Shown here: one piece after another, positions 19,290 through 28,458 of the stretch | Layout of the letters: each line of letters starts with the position of its first letter | Numbering within the stretch: position 1 is the stretch's first letter | Assembly: GCA_039799905.1 (NCBI GenBank) | Contig: JBDLRP010000032.1 | Location: 1-64,000, forward strand | DNA length: 64,000 nt | Direction of reading: 5' to 3' | DNA from: Pseudomonadota bacterium | Lineage (GTDB): Bacteria; Bdellovibrionota_B; Oligoflexia; Silvanigrellales; Silvanigrellaceae | Position numbers and translations under genes: made by a program | Notes under the pieces: generated by a model | Seen by the model: the letters and a program-made list of their open reading frames with translations, nothing else | Databases searched by the model: none | Told to the model about the DNA's origin: nothing

Positions 19290-19379
19290 TGAATTCTCCC
19301 GATTGTGGTCTTTTGCGGAGTTCTACTCTATTATTAGGCACATTTTTTCATTGAAAAATAGAACTCACGAAAGTCTCCC

Positions 19380-20822
19380 ATGGAACAACATCTGAAAAAA
19401 GTGCTCAGTCAGCTTTCAATCGCTGACGGTGAATGGGTGGGTCTCAGGTATCATGTTGAGGACTCAAATCGCTATGAAGTCCGCAACGGCCATCCGGAAG
19501 AAAACACGAACTCTATTTCGTCGGGCGTCATGATTGAATGGCTGGTCGACGGACAGTTCGGATACGCGGCAACACCTCGGCTTGACGAAAAGAGTCTACT
19601 TCAGGCGGCCGCACAGGCACGGATTCAGGCGGCGACAGCCGCCAAGCGTGCTCTGTTCAGGTTTGACAAAACGTGTCGACCGCCTTCGCATGGGTCTTAT
19701 TCGACTCGCGTACGTGCCGCTTTTTCGGAACTTCCTGTTGCGGAGCGTTTGCAGCTTCTCATGCACCTCACAGATCGCATGAAGAAGGTTCCGGCTATAA
19801 CAACCAGCCGCGCATCTCTCCATCATGTCAGTACTCAGACGGTCTATGTTTCGAGCAATGGTGGTTGTTTCGAACAGGATCTGTCACTTGTCAGTGTGTC
19901 AATGGAAGCTGTCGGTGAACGCGCGGGGATTGTGCAAAGACGTTCAAATCATGGTTTGAGCGCATATTCTTATCAGGGTGGGATGGAACATGTCTTTCTC
20001 GAGGACTTGCGCGCACAGGCAGATAAGGTGGTCGAGCAGCTGCAGGAGCTGCTGACAGCGGAAGACTGTCCAAATGAGACGACCATGCTGGTTCTGTCAC
20101 CCGACCAGATGATGCTGCAAATTCACGAAAGTATCGGGCACCCTTTGGAACTCGACCGTATTCTTGGCGACGAGCGCAACTATGCCGGCTCCAGCTTCGT
20201 CAGGCTCGAGGATTTTGGCAGACTGCAGTACGGCTCTGAATTATTGAATGTAACCTTTGATCCGACTGTCGCCCATGAGTTTGCATCCTATGCATTCGAC
20301 GATGCCGGTGTGCCCGCCAAGCGCGAATATCTGATTGAAAAAGGCGTCCTGAAACGCGGCTTGGGCAGCCTCGAGAGCCAGATCCGTTCCAACGTTGCGG
20401 GTGTCGCCAATCAGCGCGCGAGTTCATGGAATCGCCCGCCCATCGATCGCATGGCAAACATCAATGTCGAGCACGGAGCAACATCGTTTGTCGACATGAT
20501 TGCAGGCATAGAGCGGGGTGTTTACATGGAGTCGAACCGCTCTTGGTCGATCGATGACTATCGCAATAAATTTCAATTCGGCTGTGAGTACGCACGTGCC
20601 ATTGAAAACGGGAAACTCGGCCGCGTTTTGAAAAATCCGAACTATCGCGGCATCACCAGCGACTTCTGGAAGAAGTTGGTGGCTGTGGGAGATTCTTCGA
20701 GTGTCGGTGTGTTCGGTACTCCATACTGTGGCAAGGGAGAACCCAATCAGAGTATCAGAGTTGGACACGCATCTCCGGTGTGCGCTTTTTCGGGCGTCGA
20801 AGTATTCGGGGGTGCAGTATGA
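19380..20822 (+). CDS. tldD: TldD metalloprotease subunit
   Basis: IHESIGHPLELDR (HExxxH), YAFDDAG, PIDRMAN, CGKGEPNQ. Confidence 0.92.
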   Translation: MEQHLKKVLSQLSIADGEWVGLRYHVEDSNRYEVRNGHPEENTNSISSGVMIEWLVDGQFGYAATPRLDEKSLLQAAAQARIQAATAAKRALFRFDKTCRPPSHGSYSTRVRAAFSELPVAERLQLLMHLTDRMKKVPAITTSRASLHHVSTQTVYVSSNGGCFEQDLSLVSVSMEAVGERAGIVQRRSNHGLSAYSYQGGMEHVFLEDLRAQADKVVEQLQELLTAEDCPNETTMLVLSPDQMMLQIHESIGHPLELDRILGDERNYAGSSFVRLEDFGRLQYGSELLNVTFDPTVAHEFASYAFDDAGVPAKREYLIEKGVLKRGLGSLESQIRSNVAGVANQRASSWNRPPIDRMANINVEHGATSFVDMIAGIERGVYMESNRSWSIDDYRNKFQFGCEYARAIENGKLGRVLKNPNYRGITSDFWKKLVAVGDSSSVGVFGTPYCGKGEPNQSIRVGHASPVCAFSGVEVFGGAV

Positions 20823-22180
20823 ATTTTTCTCAGTCGACGGAATTTGAGGAAAGTCTTCAGACGCTATTTCATTCACTCAGTGAAAAAATGTTCAGACGGT
20901 TGAATAATGGCGAACATCTCCGCCTGTCTCTCCATGCCGAACAAACTCAATTCACACGCTTAAGCGGTGGACGGGTTAGGCAGAATGGTCTCGTTGAAGA
21001 CATCGGTCTTTCTGTGCAATTCATCAGTCCCAAGCAATCTGTGGCGGATCTTTCCGTTTCGTTTGTTACAGAGCACGATGAGCTCTCCTCGTTTGCAGAA
21101 AGATTGTTGGGCAAGGTGCGCGAGCAGGCAGAAGCGGCACCGCAGGATCCTTTTGTCAGTTTGCCCGGCGTGTCACAAAAAAGTGAAGTCCGGCACCAGG
21201 GGCGCTTGTTGTCCGCCGATCATGCGGTTGATGCCCTCTCTGGTGGGCTGTCTGCCGAAGATGATTTGGTCGGGATTTATGCCGGTGGGCGAAATGTTGT
21301 TGCGTATGCCGATTCAGCAGGAAGCAGTCACTGGTTTTCTGGTGAATCATTTTTTGTGGATTATTCTCTTTGGATGAAGAGCGGGCGTGCGGTTAAGTCC
21401 TGTTATGCCGGACGCGACTGGGATCAGGCGCAGTTTCTTCAGACTGTCGATGCCGCAAGAGAAAATCTGCGTGTTCTCTCGCGACCTGTGAAGACCTTGA
21501 ACCCGGGTCATTATCGCGTCTTTTTGGCGCCGTCTGCTGCATCTGAGTTGTTGCATATGTTGTCTTGGGGAGCGCTTTCTGAAGGAGCTCTGCAGCGCAA
21601 CGACAGTCCGCTCTGCGCGCTGCGCCGCGGCGAGAAACAATTTTCTCCACTGTTTTCGTTGTGCGAAAATTATCAGCTCGGATTGACCCCGCGTTTTACC
21701 TCGGACGGAGAATTTTCGCCTGAGCTGGTTCCGCTTTTTGAAAAGGGGCGTCTTGTTCAGGCATTGTGCAGCGCGCGGACAGCAAAAGAATACGGGCTTC
21801 AGGGTAATGGTTCTGCGTGGGAAAGGTTGCGCACTCCCGACCTGAGTGTCGGAGACTTGGCGATGTCTGATTGCCTGAAGGAATTGGGAACTGGATTGTA
21901 TCTTTCGGACCTGCACTATCTGAATTGGAGCGATATGATGGGCGGGCGCATCACTGGCATGACCCGCTATGGTTGTGTCTGGGTGGAGAACTGTGTTCCG
22001 CAGGGGCCGATTCAGGACATGCGTTTTGATGAAACTATTTTCCGTTGTTTTGGCAGTGAGCTTTTGTCCGTCACGCGGGAGGCGCAATTGATTCCCGAGA
22101 CGTCGACCTACGGAAGCCGATCGATGGGCGGTGCGCGTGTTCCGGGAATGCTGCTGGGTGACTTTAAGTTTACTCTTTGA
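20819..22180 (+). CDS. tldE: TldE/PmbA-family partner subunit
   Basis: ATGA overlap with tldD; PGHYRVFLAP, HYLNWSD, ITGMTR, MRFDE; no HExxxH. Confidence 0.85.
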   Translation: MNFSQSTEFEESLQTLFHSLSEKMFRRLNNGEHLRLSLHAEQTQFTRLSGGRVRQNGLVEDIGLSVQFISPKQSVADLSVSFVTEHDELSSFAERLLGKVREQAEAAPQDPFVSLPGVSQKSEVRHQGRLLSADHAVDALSGGLSAEDDLVGIYAGGRNVVAYADSAGSSHWFSGESFFVDYSLWMKSGRAVKSCYAGRDWDQAQFLQTVDAARENLRVLSRPVKTLNPGHYRVFLAPSAASELLHMLSWGALSEGALQRNDSPLCALRRGEKQFSPLFSLCENYQLGLTPRFTSDGEFSPELVPLFEKGRLVQALCSARTAKEYGLQGNGSAWERLRTPDLSVGDLAMSDCLKELGTGLYLSDLHYLNWSDMMGGRITGMTRYGCVWVENCVPQGPIQDMRFDETIFRCFGSELLSVTREAQLIPETSTYGSRSMGGARVPGMLLGDFKFTL

Positions 22181-23018
22181 AAAGCAGGGAGGTCTTCTGC
22201 CTCATATACTTAACATCATAGCGGTTCATCTGGCTTTTGTGTCATTGCTGGGTTGCAAGGCTAAAAAGCCTGAAGACAGTGACGTCGAGATGGCGCGTGG
22301 AAAACTTGCCCGCGGCTCCGAGTCGTTTCTCGCGCCGTTCGTCTCTCTGGAGATGGCAATGGGTGGGGATTTTGCTTCATCCTGTAGTGGTGTTTTGCTC
22401 GGCCCAAGGCATGCACTCACTGCAGCACATTGCCTTGATAAGATTCTTGCAGCTCGTGTGACTGGCTACGATCAGAAACTTGGGAAGTCATCGGTTGCAG
22501 CTGGCGCGTGGCAAATGCATCCGGAATGGGGAAAAACCAAGGTGAAATCTGGTCCGGAACGCCACAAACATGATTTGGGCATCGTTGTTTTGGCGAAAGA
22601 GTTGGCTGGCCCTTATGCAAAAATCGATGCTTCCGAGCGCTCAAACCTAAAGAATGCCGTTTACGTGGGGATCGGACGCAGTGAAGGAAACGCGGATGAT
22701 GATAAAATTCGCTATGCGACTGATATTGATACCTTTCGCTTGAAGTACAAGCCTGACGGGGGCACTTGGATCTCACGCGGTGCTGCAATTCTTTGTTCGG
22801 GAGACTCGGGTGGACCATTGTTTGCCGGCGATGGTGGGTTGCTCGGTATTGCGGCGGCGGTCGCTTTCGAGGAAAAACAAAAACAGGACTGCGGTGCGGG
22901 AAAAAGGGTTTATCACGCAGACGTGCGTGAAAGTATCGTCTGGATTGTGTGCAGTTTTGCAAAGGCGGGCTATCCGCTGCCCAATTATCCCATCCCCTCG
23001 CCGGAGTCCTGTCGCTAG
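22131..23018 (+). CDS. Trypsin-like (S1) serine protease lipoprotein
   Basis: CSGVL, LTAAHC, HDLGIV, CSGDSGGP triad motifs; lipobox LLGC. True start uncertain (possibly CTG 22197). Confidence 0.9.
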   Translation: MRVFRECCWVTLSLLFEKQGGLLPHILNIIAVHLAFVSLLGCKAKKPEDSDVEMARGKLARGSESFLAPFVSLEMAMGGDFASSCSGVLLGPRHALTAAHCLDKILAARVTGYDQKLGKSSVAAGAWQMHPEWGKTKVKSGPERHKHDLGIVVLAKELAGPYAKIDASERSNLKNAVYVGIGRSEGNADDDKIRYATDIDTFRLKYKPDGGTWISRGAAILCSGDSGGPLFAGDGGLLGIAAAVAFEEKQKQDCGAGKRVYHADVRESIVWIVCSFAKAGYPLPNYPIPSPESCR

Positions 23019-23185
23019 GGTTGTTTTATGGACGTCGATTGGCTTCCGAAAGTTACGCTTTATAAATCCCATTTCGTCTTTTAAATTTTCAAAAAGTATA
23101 AAATTCCGATAAAATCGAGACTTTAGGTATCCGGCAGGAACGATTGGGGAATTTTTTCAAAAAACTAAAAAGCACATTTCGAAGT

Positions 23186-23212
23186 TAAAGTTGTCCGAGC
23201 GTTTTCCGAACA
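23186..23212 (+). promoter_or_regulatory. Candidate sigma-28 (FliA)-type promoter
   Basis: TAAA-N15-TCCGAACA, about 40 nt upstream of ATG 23254. Confidence 0.55.
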
Positions 23213-23253
23213 GAACTATGGAAGAAGAGAGCGAGTTTTGGGAGGGAAATATC

Positions 23254-24027
23254 ATGAAGGTTTACGACATTAAATTCTTCGTCGTTGTTTTTGCTTGTCT
23301 TGCTGCGGTTGGATGTTCGGATGGAAGTCAGTTTGTTCAAATCGGCAAACTTCCGCCGGGCAAACGCGCCAGAGTCGGTGAGTCGAATCTTCCGTCAGAT
23401 AGAAAAACAAGCGTCAGCGGGGCTGTATCGGGTTCTCTGGGTGAAGGAGTCGCTTCTGATGACTCCGAGAGTTCAGTCGCTGCTTCAGATGGCGGCGCTG
23501 GTGTGCCTGCAGGCTCGTCAGATTCGTCAGTGGCGGGTGAGGGTGCGGTGGGTGGTTCATCTGGTTCCACCGGCAGTGGGAGCGGTGGAGCGGCATCTGG
23601 TTCCACCGGCAGTGGTAGCGGTGGTGCGGCATCTGGTTCCACCGGCAGTGGTAGCGGCGGTGTTGAATCTGGTTCCGCCGGCAGTGGGAGCGGTGGTGCG
23701 GCATCTGGTTCCGCCGGCAGTGGTAACGGCGGTGCGGTATCTGGTTCCACAGGCAGTGGTAGCGGTGGTGCGGTATCTGGTTCCACAGGCAGTGGGAGCG
23801 GCGGTGCGGTATCTGGTTCCACAGGCAGTGGTAGCGGTGGTGTTGAATCTGGTTCCGCCGGCAGTGGGAGCGGCGCTGTATCCGAACGAACCGGTTCTGA
23901 TGGGCACGACTGCGAAGATGAAGATCATGACGATTGTGACGAAAAAGAAAGCTCTCGTGAAGATGCGGAATCGAGCGAAGGTGAATCCGGCGAAAATCGG
24001 GACGGAGGATGTGATCGCATAAAGTAA
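23254..24027 (+). CDS. Gly/Ser-repeat lipoprotein with acidic Cys/His-containing tail
   Basis: GGAGG RBS; MKVYDIKFFVVVFACLAAVGC lipobox; 9 x SGSTGSGSGGAA-like repeats; C-terminal DGHDCEDEDHDDCDE. Confidence 0.8.
   Translation: MKVYDIKFFVVVFACLAAVGCSDGSQFVQIGKLPPGKRARVGESNLPSDRKTSVSGAVSGSLGEGVASDDSESSVAASDGGAGVPAGSSDSSVAGEGAVGGSSGSTGSGSGGAASGSTGSGSGGAASGSTGSGSGGVESGSAGSGSGGAASGSAGSGNGGAVSGSTGSGSGGAVSGSTGSGSGGAVSGSTGSGSGGVESGSAGSGSGAVSERTGSDGHDCEDEDHDDCDEKESSREDAESSEGESGENRDGGCDRIK
23560..23880 (+). repeat. 36-bp coding tandem repeat, about 9 copies
   Basis: Unit TCTGGTTCC(A/G)CNGGCAGTGGNAGCGGNGGTGCGG(C/T)A repeated head-to-tail; last copy is 33 bp. Confidence 0.95.
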
Positions 24028-24073
24028 GTTCTCCAAGGGTAATTGCAAAGTCAGCTTCTATGGGTTGGAATTT

Positions 24074-24109
24074 CGCAAGCGGGTCGCATGACTCGCTTGC
24101 GGTTTTTTT
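24074..24109 (+). terminator. Intrinsic terminator
   Basis: CGCAAGCGGGTC-GCAT-GACTCGCTTGCG stem-loop followed by GTTTTTTT. Confidence 0.85.
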
Positions 24110-24153
24110 ATGTGAGTCCTAAAATTTTTTTCATTCAATTGGAGAAAATTGCC

Positions 24154-25662
24154 GTGAAAATTCCTGCTGGCTCGGTCATGCGTTTTTTTGAAATGGTTTC
24201 TGCGGCGGCATTGGCAAATCCTTTTGGAGAAGAGCGTGACGGTCTGGATCAGGCAATTATAAAAGAATGGCTCGCAAAGACTCCGGCCAACAGAACCGAA
24301 GTAGAAAAAATCGCAGAACTGACTGGTTCTCTGTTAGAGGATTTTTATCCGGCAACCGGACCGGTGCGGGTGGAGTCTGAAAAAACTAAGCTCATCCTCG
24401 GGGATGCGGCACTCTTCTATTTGTTCCATAAATATATGAATGCATTTGATGAGTACATCCAGATGCAAAACTCGACCGTCGGTGTGATATTGGAATTGCC
24501 ATTTGCGGAAAAAATTGAAGGCGATCTCAAACGCTACGGATTCAGAGACTCTGCTGCTCATTACATTGCTGTTTTTTTTCAGATGCGACGGGCGTTCTTC
24601 TTTATCAATAAATTCGTGGGCGGCAATTCTGCGCCTGTGCGGAAACTGCGTGAACAGCTGTGGCGAACGATTTTTAGCTCGGATTTGCGACAATACATTG
24701 ATGTTCTGTTTGATAAAATGGAATCATTCACAGTGCTGTTGCTCGGTGAAACGGGTGTGGGCAAAGGACAGGCGGCAGCAGCGCTTGGTCGTAGTGCTTA
24801 CATTCCCTTTGACCCTAAAAGCAGAAAATTCGTTGTCAGTTTTTTGGATGTTTTTATTTCTGCAAACATTTCGGAATACCCTGAAACTCTCGTGGAGAGC
24901 GAATTATTCGGACATAAAAAGGGCGCGTTTACCGGTGCTCTCGACAATCATGCGGGTCTGTTTGGTCAGACGCATCACAACGGAGTCTTGTTTCTGGATG
25001 AAATTGGCGAACTGATTCAGCCGTTGCAAGTTAAAATTCTACGAGTGTTGCAGGAAAGAAATTACTCTCCCGTCGGAGGCCACGATAAAAAAAGGTTCAA
25101 TGGCCGGTTGATTGCCGCGACCAATGCAAACCTGATGGAGAAAGTATCGTACGGTGAGTTTCGTGCAGACTTATATCACCGGTTGGCCTCCGATGTGATT
25201 ACGATTCCTTCTCTGCGCGAGAGGTTTTCTGCCGATAAAAGAGAATTCAGTGAAATTCTGTCCCGCATCCTGATGCGTCTGTTGGGTACGGTCGATGGGC
25301 AAGCGGACGTCTTTTCTGTTCTCGGCAAGGTGGTGCCAAAAAATTATCCGTGGCCCGGGAATTTGCGTGAATTTGAGCAGGTTGTGCGCCGTGTGATTCT
25401 GCATGGTGAAAATCTTCAAGGCTTGAATTTGCATTCCGGCGGAGTTGAGGGGCGTCGATCGGATGCGGGACGTGCGCTGAATTGGCAGAGTTTGCGATGG
25501 ACGGCTGAAGAGGTCATGGTTCGATATGCGAAGAGTGCTTATGAGGTGCTGGGTTCCTATGAAAAAGTGGCACAGAAACTGGATGTAGACTGGAGAACTG
25601 CAAAACGTTGGATTGCTGGTGAGGTGCAGGTCAGGCAGGGGGAATCGGCGGATTTGGTCTGA
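24154..25662 (+). CDS. Sigma-54-dependent transcriptional activator (bEBP) without receiver domain
   Basis: GETGVGK, ESELFGHKKGAFTGA, LFLDEIGE, RLIAATN, FRADLYHRL, WPGNLRE, C-terminal HTH; GTG start after GGAG. Confidence 0.92.
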   Translation: MKIPAGSVMRFFEMVSAAALANPFGEERDGLDQAIIKEWLAKTPANRTEVEKIAELTGSLLEDFYPATGPVRVESEKTKLILGDAALFYLFHKYMNAFDEYIQMQNSTVGVILELPFAEKIEGDLKRYGFRDSAAHYIAVFFQMRRAFFFINKFVGGNSAPVRKLREQLWRTIFSSDLRQYIDVLFDKMESFTVLLLGETGVGKGQAAAALGRSAYIPFDPKSRKFVVSFLDVFISANISEYPETLVESELFGHKKGAFTGALDNHAGLFGQTHHNGVLFLDEIGELIQPLQVKILRVLQERNYSPVGGHDKKRFNGRLIAATNANLMEKVSYGEFRADLYHRLASDVITIPSLRERFSADKREFSEILSRILMRLLGTVDGQADVFSVLGKVVPKNYPWPGNLREFEQVVRRVILHGENLQGLNLHSGGVEGRRSDAGRALNWQSLRWTAEEVMVRYAKSAYEVLGSYEKVAQKLDVDWRTAKRWIAGEVQVRQGESADLV

Positions 25663-25664
25663 GC

Positions 25665-25698
25665 ACCAAAAAATGTATGTCAGTATTCAAAAAATGAA
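25665..25698. promoter_or_regulatory. Paired enhancer-like (UAS) boxes
   Basis: ACCA-AAAAA-TGTA (25665-25677) and TTCA-AAAAA-TGAA with complementary arms (25686-25698), 21 bp apart, upstream of an AT tract and the sigma-54 promoter. Confidence 0.6.
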
Positions 25699-25750
25699 GT
25701 TATAAAATTTTTATATTTTCATAAATAATTTAAATAATTGAAGTTATTAT

Positions 25751-25767
25751 TTGGCACTGTTGATGCT
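25751..25767 (+). promoter_or_regulatory. Sigma-54 (-24/-12) promoter
   Basis: TTGGCAC-TGTTG-ATGCT with exact GG-N10-GC spacing, 35 nt upstream of ATG 25802, directly downstream of a bEBP gene. Confidence 0.75.
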
Positions 25768-25801
25768 TCAGTGATTGCAGAACTCTTAAGGAGGGTGTCA
25801 C

Positions 25802-26590
25802 ATGAAGCGTTCAATGATGTTTGTTCTCTCTGCGCTGAGTTTTCTTTCGTTTGTGGATTCTGCACAGGCCGCCGCGATTCGCGGCGATTCAATCGGCTCT
25901 CAGCGGCGCCATGTGGCGAATCTTCGCAAGCCCGTGAGACTTGTGCAAAACGGCGAGGAAAATGTTGAAACTCCTGAAGTTCAGCAGCCGCGTGTGAGTC
26001 CTGCAAAGAAGGAAGAGTTTCCCTGGTATTTTCGAGTTCAGCAGGCACCCTGGCTTGCATTGTCTACGGTCTCTGACACGGGTGTCGTTGACTTAGAGTT
26101 TATGAAAGCTGTGAACGAGTATTTTTGGGTAGGTCCGACTGTTGTTTGGCACGCGCAAAAGTCCAATGATACGCGAATGAGATCTCTCAACGGCGGATTG
26201 CGCATTGATTTCGTTCTGCCTTCTTTTGGTAGTATTGATCTTCGTCCCCACAGTAACACCGAGGTGCGATTCTACGTTTCAAATGCGTTTTTATTTGGTC
26301 ACTACACAAGCAAGACGTTTACTGAAGTGACACGCGCAGGCGTCGGTGGCGAATCCACGACAGTCGTGACATGTGATTTCAAGTCTGAAGGCCTGCATCA
26401 AGGTGCGGCGCTGGTTGTTGGTGCGCAATTCCACTTCAACGAGAAATTTCATTCTACGGCAGGTTTGGGGGTTGTGAAGACGAAAATTCGCTCGTCACAG
26501 CAGAGCGGGTTTTGTGATGACAAGTCGATTGTTCGTTCAGAGGGTCGTGAGCTGCCTTGGCTTGATTTGGGAATCGGTTATAAGCTTTGA
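25802..26590 (+). CDS. Secreted protein, probable small outer-membrane beta-barrel
   Basis: Signal peptide ending AQA, amphipathic beta-strands, C-terminal LGIGYKL beta-signal-like end; strong AGGAGG RBS. Confidence 0.7.
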   Translation: MKRSMMFVLSALSFLSFVDSAQAAAIRGDSIGSQRRHVANLRKPVRLVQNGEENVETPEVQQPRVSPAKKEEFPWYFRVQQAPWLALSTVSDTGVVDLEFMKAVNEYFWVGPTVVWHAQKSNDTRMRSLNGGLRIDFVLPSFGSIDLRPHSNTEVRFYVSNAFLFGHYTSKTFTEVTRAGVGGESTTVVTCDFKSEGLHQGAALVVGAQFHFNEKFHSTAGLGVVKTKIRSSQQSGFCDDKSIVRSEGRELPWLDLGIGYKL

Positions 26591-26623
26591 CTTGCTTGAC
26601 ATTGAATCGACCTCGGAGATGGC

Positions 26624-27439
26624 ATGTTCTTTTCTATCAATTTCAGAGTTGTCAGTGTGACTGCCCTTTTGGGCAGTCTTTCTGCTTTTTTTGTGCAGTG
26701 TGTTTCTACGCCGGTGACTCAACGAATGTCTCTGCAGCTGATTCCCGAGGCGCAGATGAATCGCATGGGCGAGCAAGCATATTCCGAGATGCGCGCCAAG
26801 ACGCCAAAAAGCAACAATGCCGCCATTCGTGAGGTTATCAATAGGGTTGGGCAGCGCATTGCTGCTGCGAGTGGGAAAAAATACGCTTGGGAATTTGAGG
26901 TTTTTGAGGAAGCAAAAACTGTCAATGCATTTTGCCTACCGGGAGGTAAAATCGCATTTTATACGGGAATTCTTCCGATCGCCGAAAACGAGGCAGGGCT
27001 TGCTGCGATCATGGGTCATGAAGTCGCTCATGCGGTTGCAGGACACGGTAATGAAAGAATCAGTCAGTCTTTAATTGTGCAGATGGGGCTGAAGGCTGCG
27101 GATGTTTCATTGCGCGACTCTCGCTATAAAAAATTGATATACGGAGGGCTGGCGTTGGGAGTGCAATTTGGAGTTCTTCTTCCATACAGCCGTTCACATG
27201 AAACCGAGGCCGACATTATCGGGTTGCGCTATATGGCTCAGGCTGGATATCAGCCGGCCGAGGCGGTGTCGCTCTGGGAGCGTATGGGGCGCGCGGGTGG
27301 TGGAAGGATGCCAGAGTTCATGTCCACTCATCCAAATCCTGAGAATCGTGCAGCAAAGCTGAGGTCGGCCGTTGCCGATGTGCTTTCGCTCTACAATGCC
27401 TCCGAGCGTCAGCCGTCCAAAACTCTCCCTTCGCTTTGA
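26624..27439 (+). CDS. M48 family metallopeptidase (LoiP/Oma1-like)
   Basis: VNAFCLPGGKI, GHEVAH, YSRSHETEAD, STHP. Confidence 0.92.
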   Translation: MFFSINFRVVSVTALLGSLSAFFVQCVSTPVTQRMSLQLIPEAQMNRMGEQAYSEMRAKTPKSNNAAIREVINRVGQRIAAASGKKYAWEFEVFEEAKTVNAFCLPGGKIAFYTGILPIAENEAGLAAIMGHEVAHAVAGHGNERISQSLIVQMGLKAADVSLRDSRYKKLIYGGLALGVQFGVLLPYSRSHETEADIIGLRYMAQAGYQPAEAVSLWERMGRAGGGRMPEFMSTHPNPENRAAKLRSAVADVLSLYNASERQPSKTLPSL

Positions 27440-27507
27440 ATTTTCTATGTTATTTTTTGACTCTCGCTTGGTTTAATCTCCATTATTTCAGTGTATTGCT
27501 GTAATAT

Positions 27508-27534
27508 TTAAGTTACGCATCGAAAATCCGAAGA
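27508..27534 (+). promoter_or_regulatory. Candidate sigma-28 (FliA)-type promoter
   Basis: TTAA-N15-TCCGAAGA upstream of the TIGR02147-like gene. Confidence 0.5.
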
Positions 27535-27593
27535 GAATGCGTATGGGTTAGAAAAGATGACTCGCTGCTGCTGGGGTCGTCGGGGAGTTACGT

Positions 27594-28457
27594 GTGTCTA
27601 AGTTTTTGAGCAAGGTCGCACAGGATATCAACGTCTGCGATTTTGTTGACTACAAACTCTATTTTCGTGCGATTTACGATGCTGTAAAAAAGCAGCGTGA
27701 TGGCTATACCTACATCATTTTTACCGAAGAGCTTGGCCTCGGAAAATCCAATTTGATGAATTTGATTGTCAACGGGCAGAGAAAGATGTCGCGCAAGAAT
27801 GCGCAGATAGTTGTTGCTGCCCTTGGGTTGGTGTTGGAGCGCCGGCGATATTTTCTCAAGCTGATTGAGTTAGACAATAGTCGGAATATGAAGAAGCGTG
27901 AGCAGTTTCTGGAAAAAATCATCGAGATTCGAGGTGAATCAATTGAGGATGACCATACACGGCGTCAACTTAATTTTTACAGTCACTGGTTGCACGGTAT
28001 TGTTTTCGAAATGGTCACGATCAATGGTCTGAGTCATACTCCTGAATCTCTTGCGGGTCGGCTTATTCCCCATGCATCGGTTGACGATGTGCAAAAGAGC
28101 CTTGATTTATTGAGTGAGTTGAACCTGATTTCGTTTGATGAGGAGTCCTCTTCATATCGGAAAAATCAGGATCATTTTATTATGGACGACAAGATCCAGA
28201 ATCTAGGTCCAATCGCCTTTCACAACAAAATGATTGACTTGGCCCGCGATGCTCTGGTGCGTGTGCATTCAGACGAGCGGGATGTGAGTTCGATGACTTT
28301 GGCCGTACCGCGAAGTGCCGTGGGTAAACTGAAGTCGGTGGTCGAGAAGTTTCAAGATGAGATATTGCAGCTGGCTCAGGAGTTTTCGACTCATGACGAG
28401 GTTTATCAGCTTAACGTTCAACTGTTTCCACTCACGGCTCATCAAAAGAGGAAGTGA
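27594..28457 (+). CDS. TIGR02147/DUF4423-family HTH protein
   Basis: DYKLYF start, HTH-like region ending NGQRKMS, FYSHWLH, ERDVSSMTLAV, VYQLNVQLFPLT C-terminal signature. Confidence 0.88.
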   Translation: MSKFLSKVAQDINVCDFVDYKLYFRAIYDAVKKQRDGYTYIIFTEELGLGKSNLMNLIVNGQRKMSRKNAQIVVAALGLVLERRRYFLKLIELDNSRNMKKREQFLEKIIEIRGESIEDDHTRRQLNFYSHWLHGIVFEMVTINGLSHTPESLAGRLIPHASVDDVQKSLDLLSELNLISFDEESSSYRKNQDHFIMDDKIQNLGPIAFHNKMIDLARDALVRVHSDERDVSSMTLAVPRSAVGKLKSVVEKFQDEILQLAQEFSTHDEVYQLNVQLFPLTAHQKRK

Positions 28458-28458
28458 C

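Noticed and set aside
19380..22180. TldD/TldE as part of a RiPP cluster
   Set aside because: No precursor peptide, YcaO or other modification enzyme nearby.
23560..23880. 36-bp repeats as a CRISPR array
   Set aside because: Units are contiguous with no unique spacers, vary mostly at third codon positions, lie in a lipoprotein ORF, and no cas genes are present.
23285..24048. Alternative-frame ORFs over the repeat (245, 161 and 163 aa)
   Set aside because: By-products of the stop-free repeat; only the Gly/Ser frame has an RBS, lipobox and terminator.
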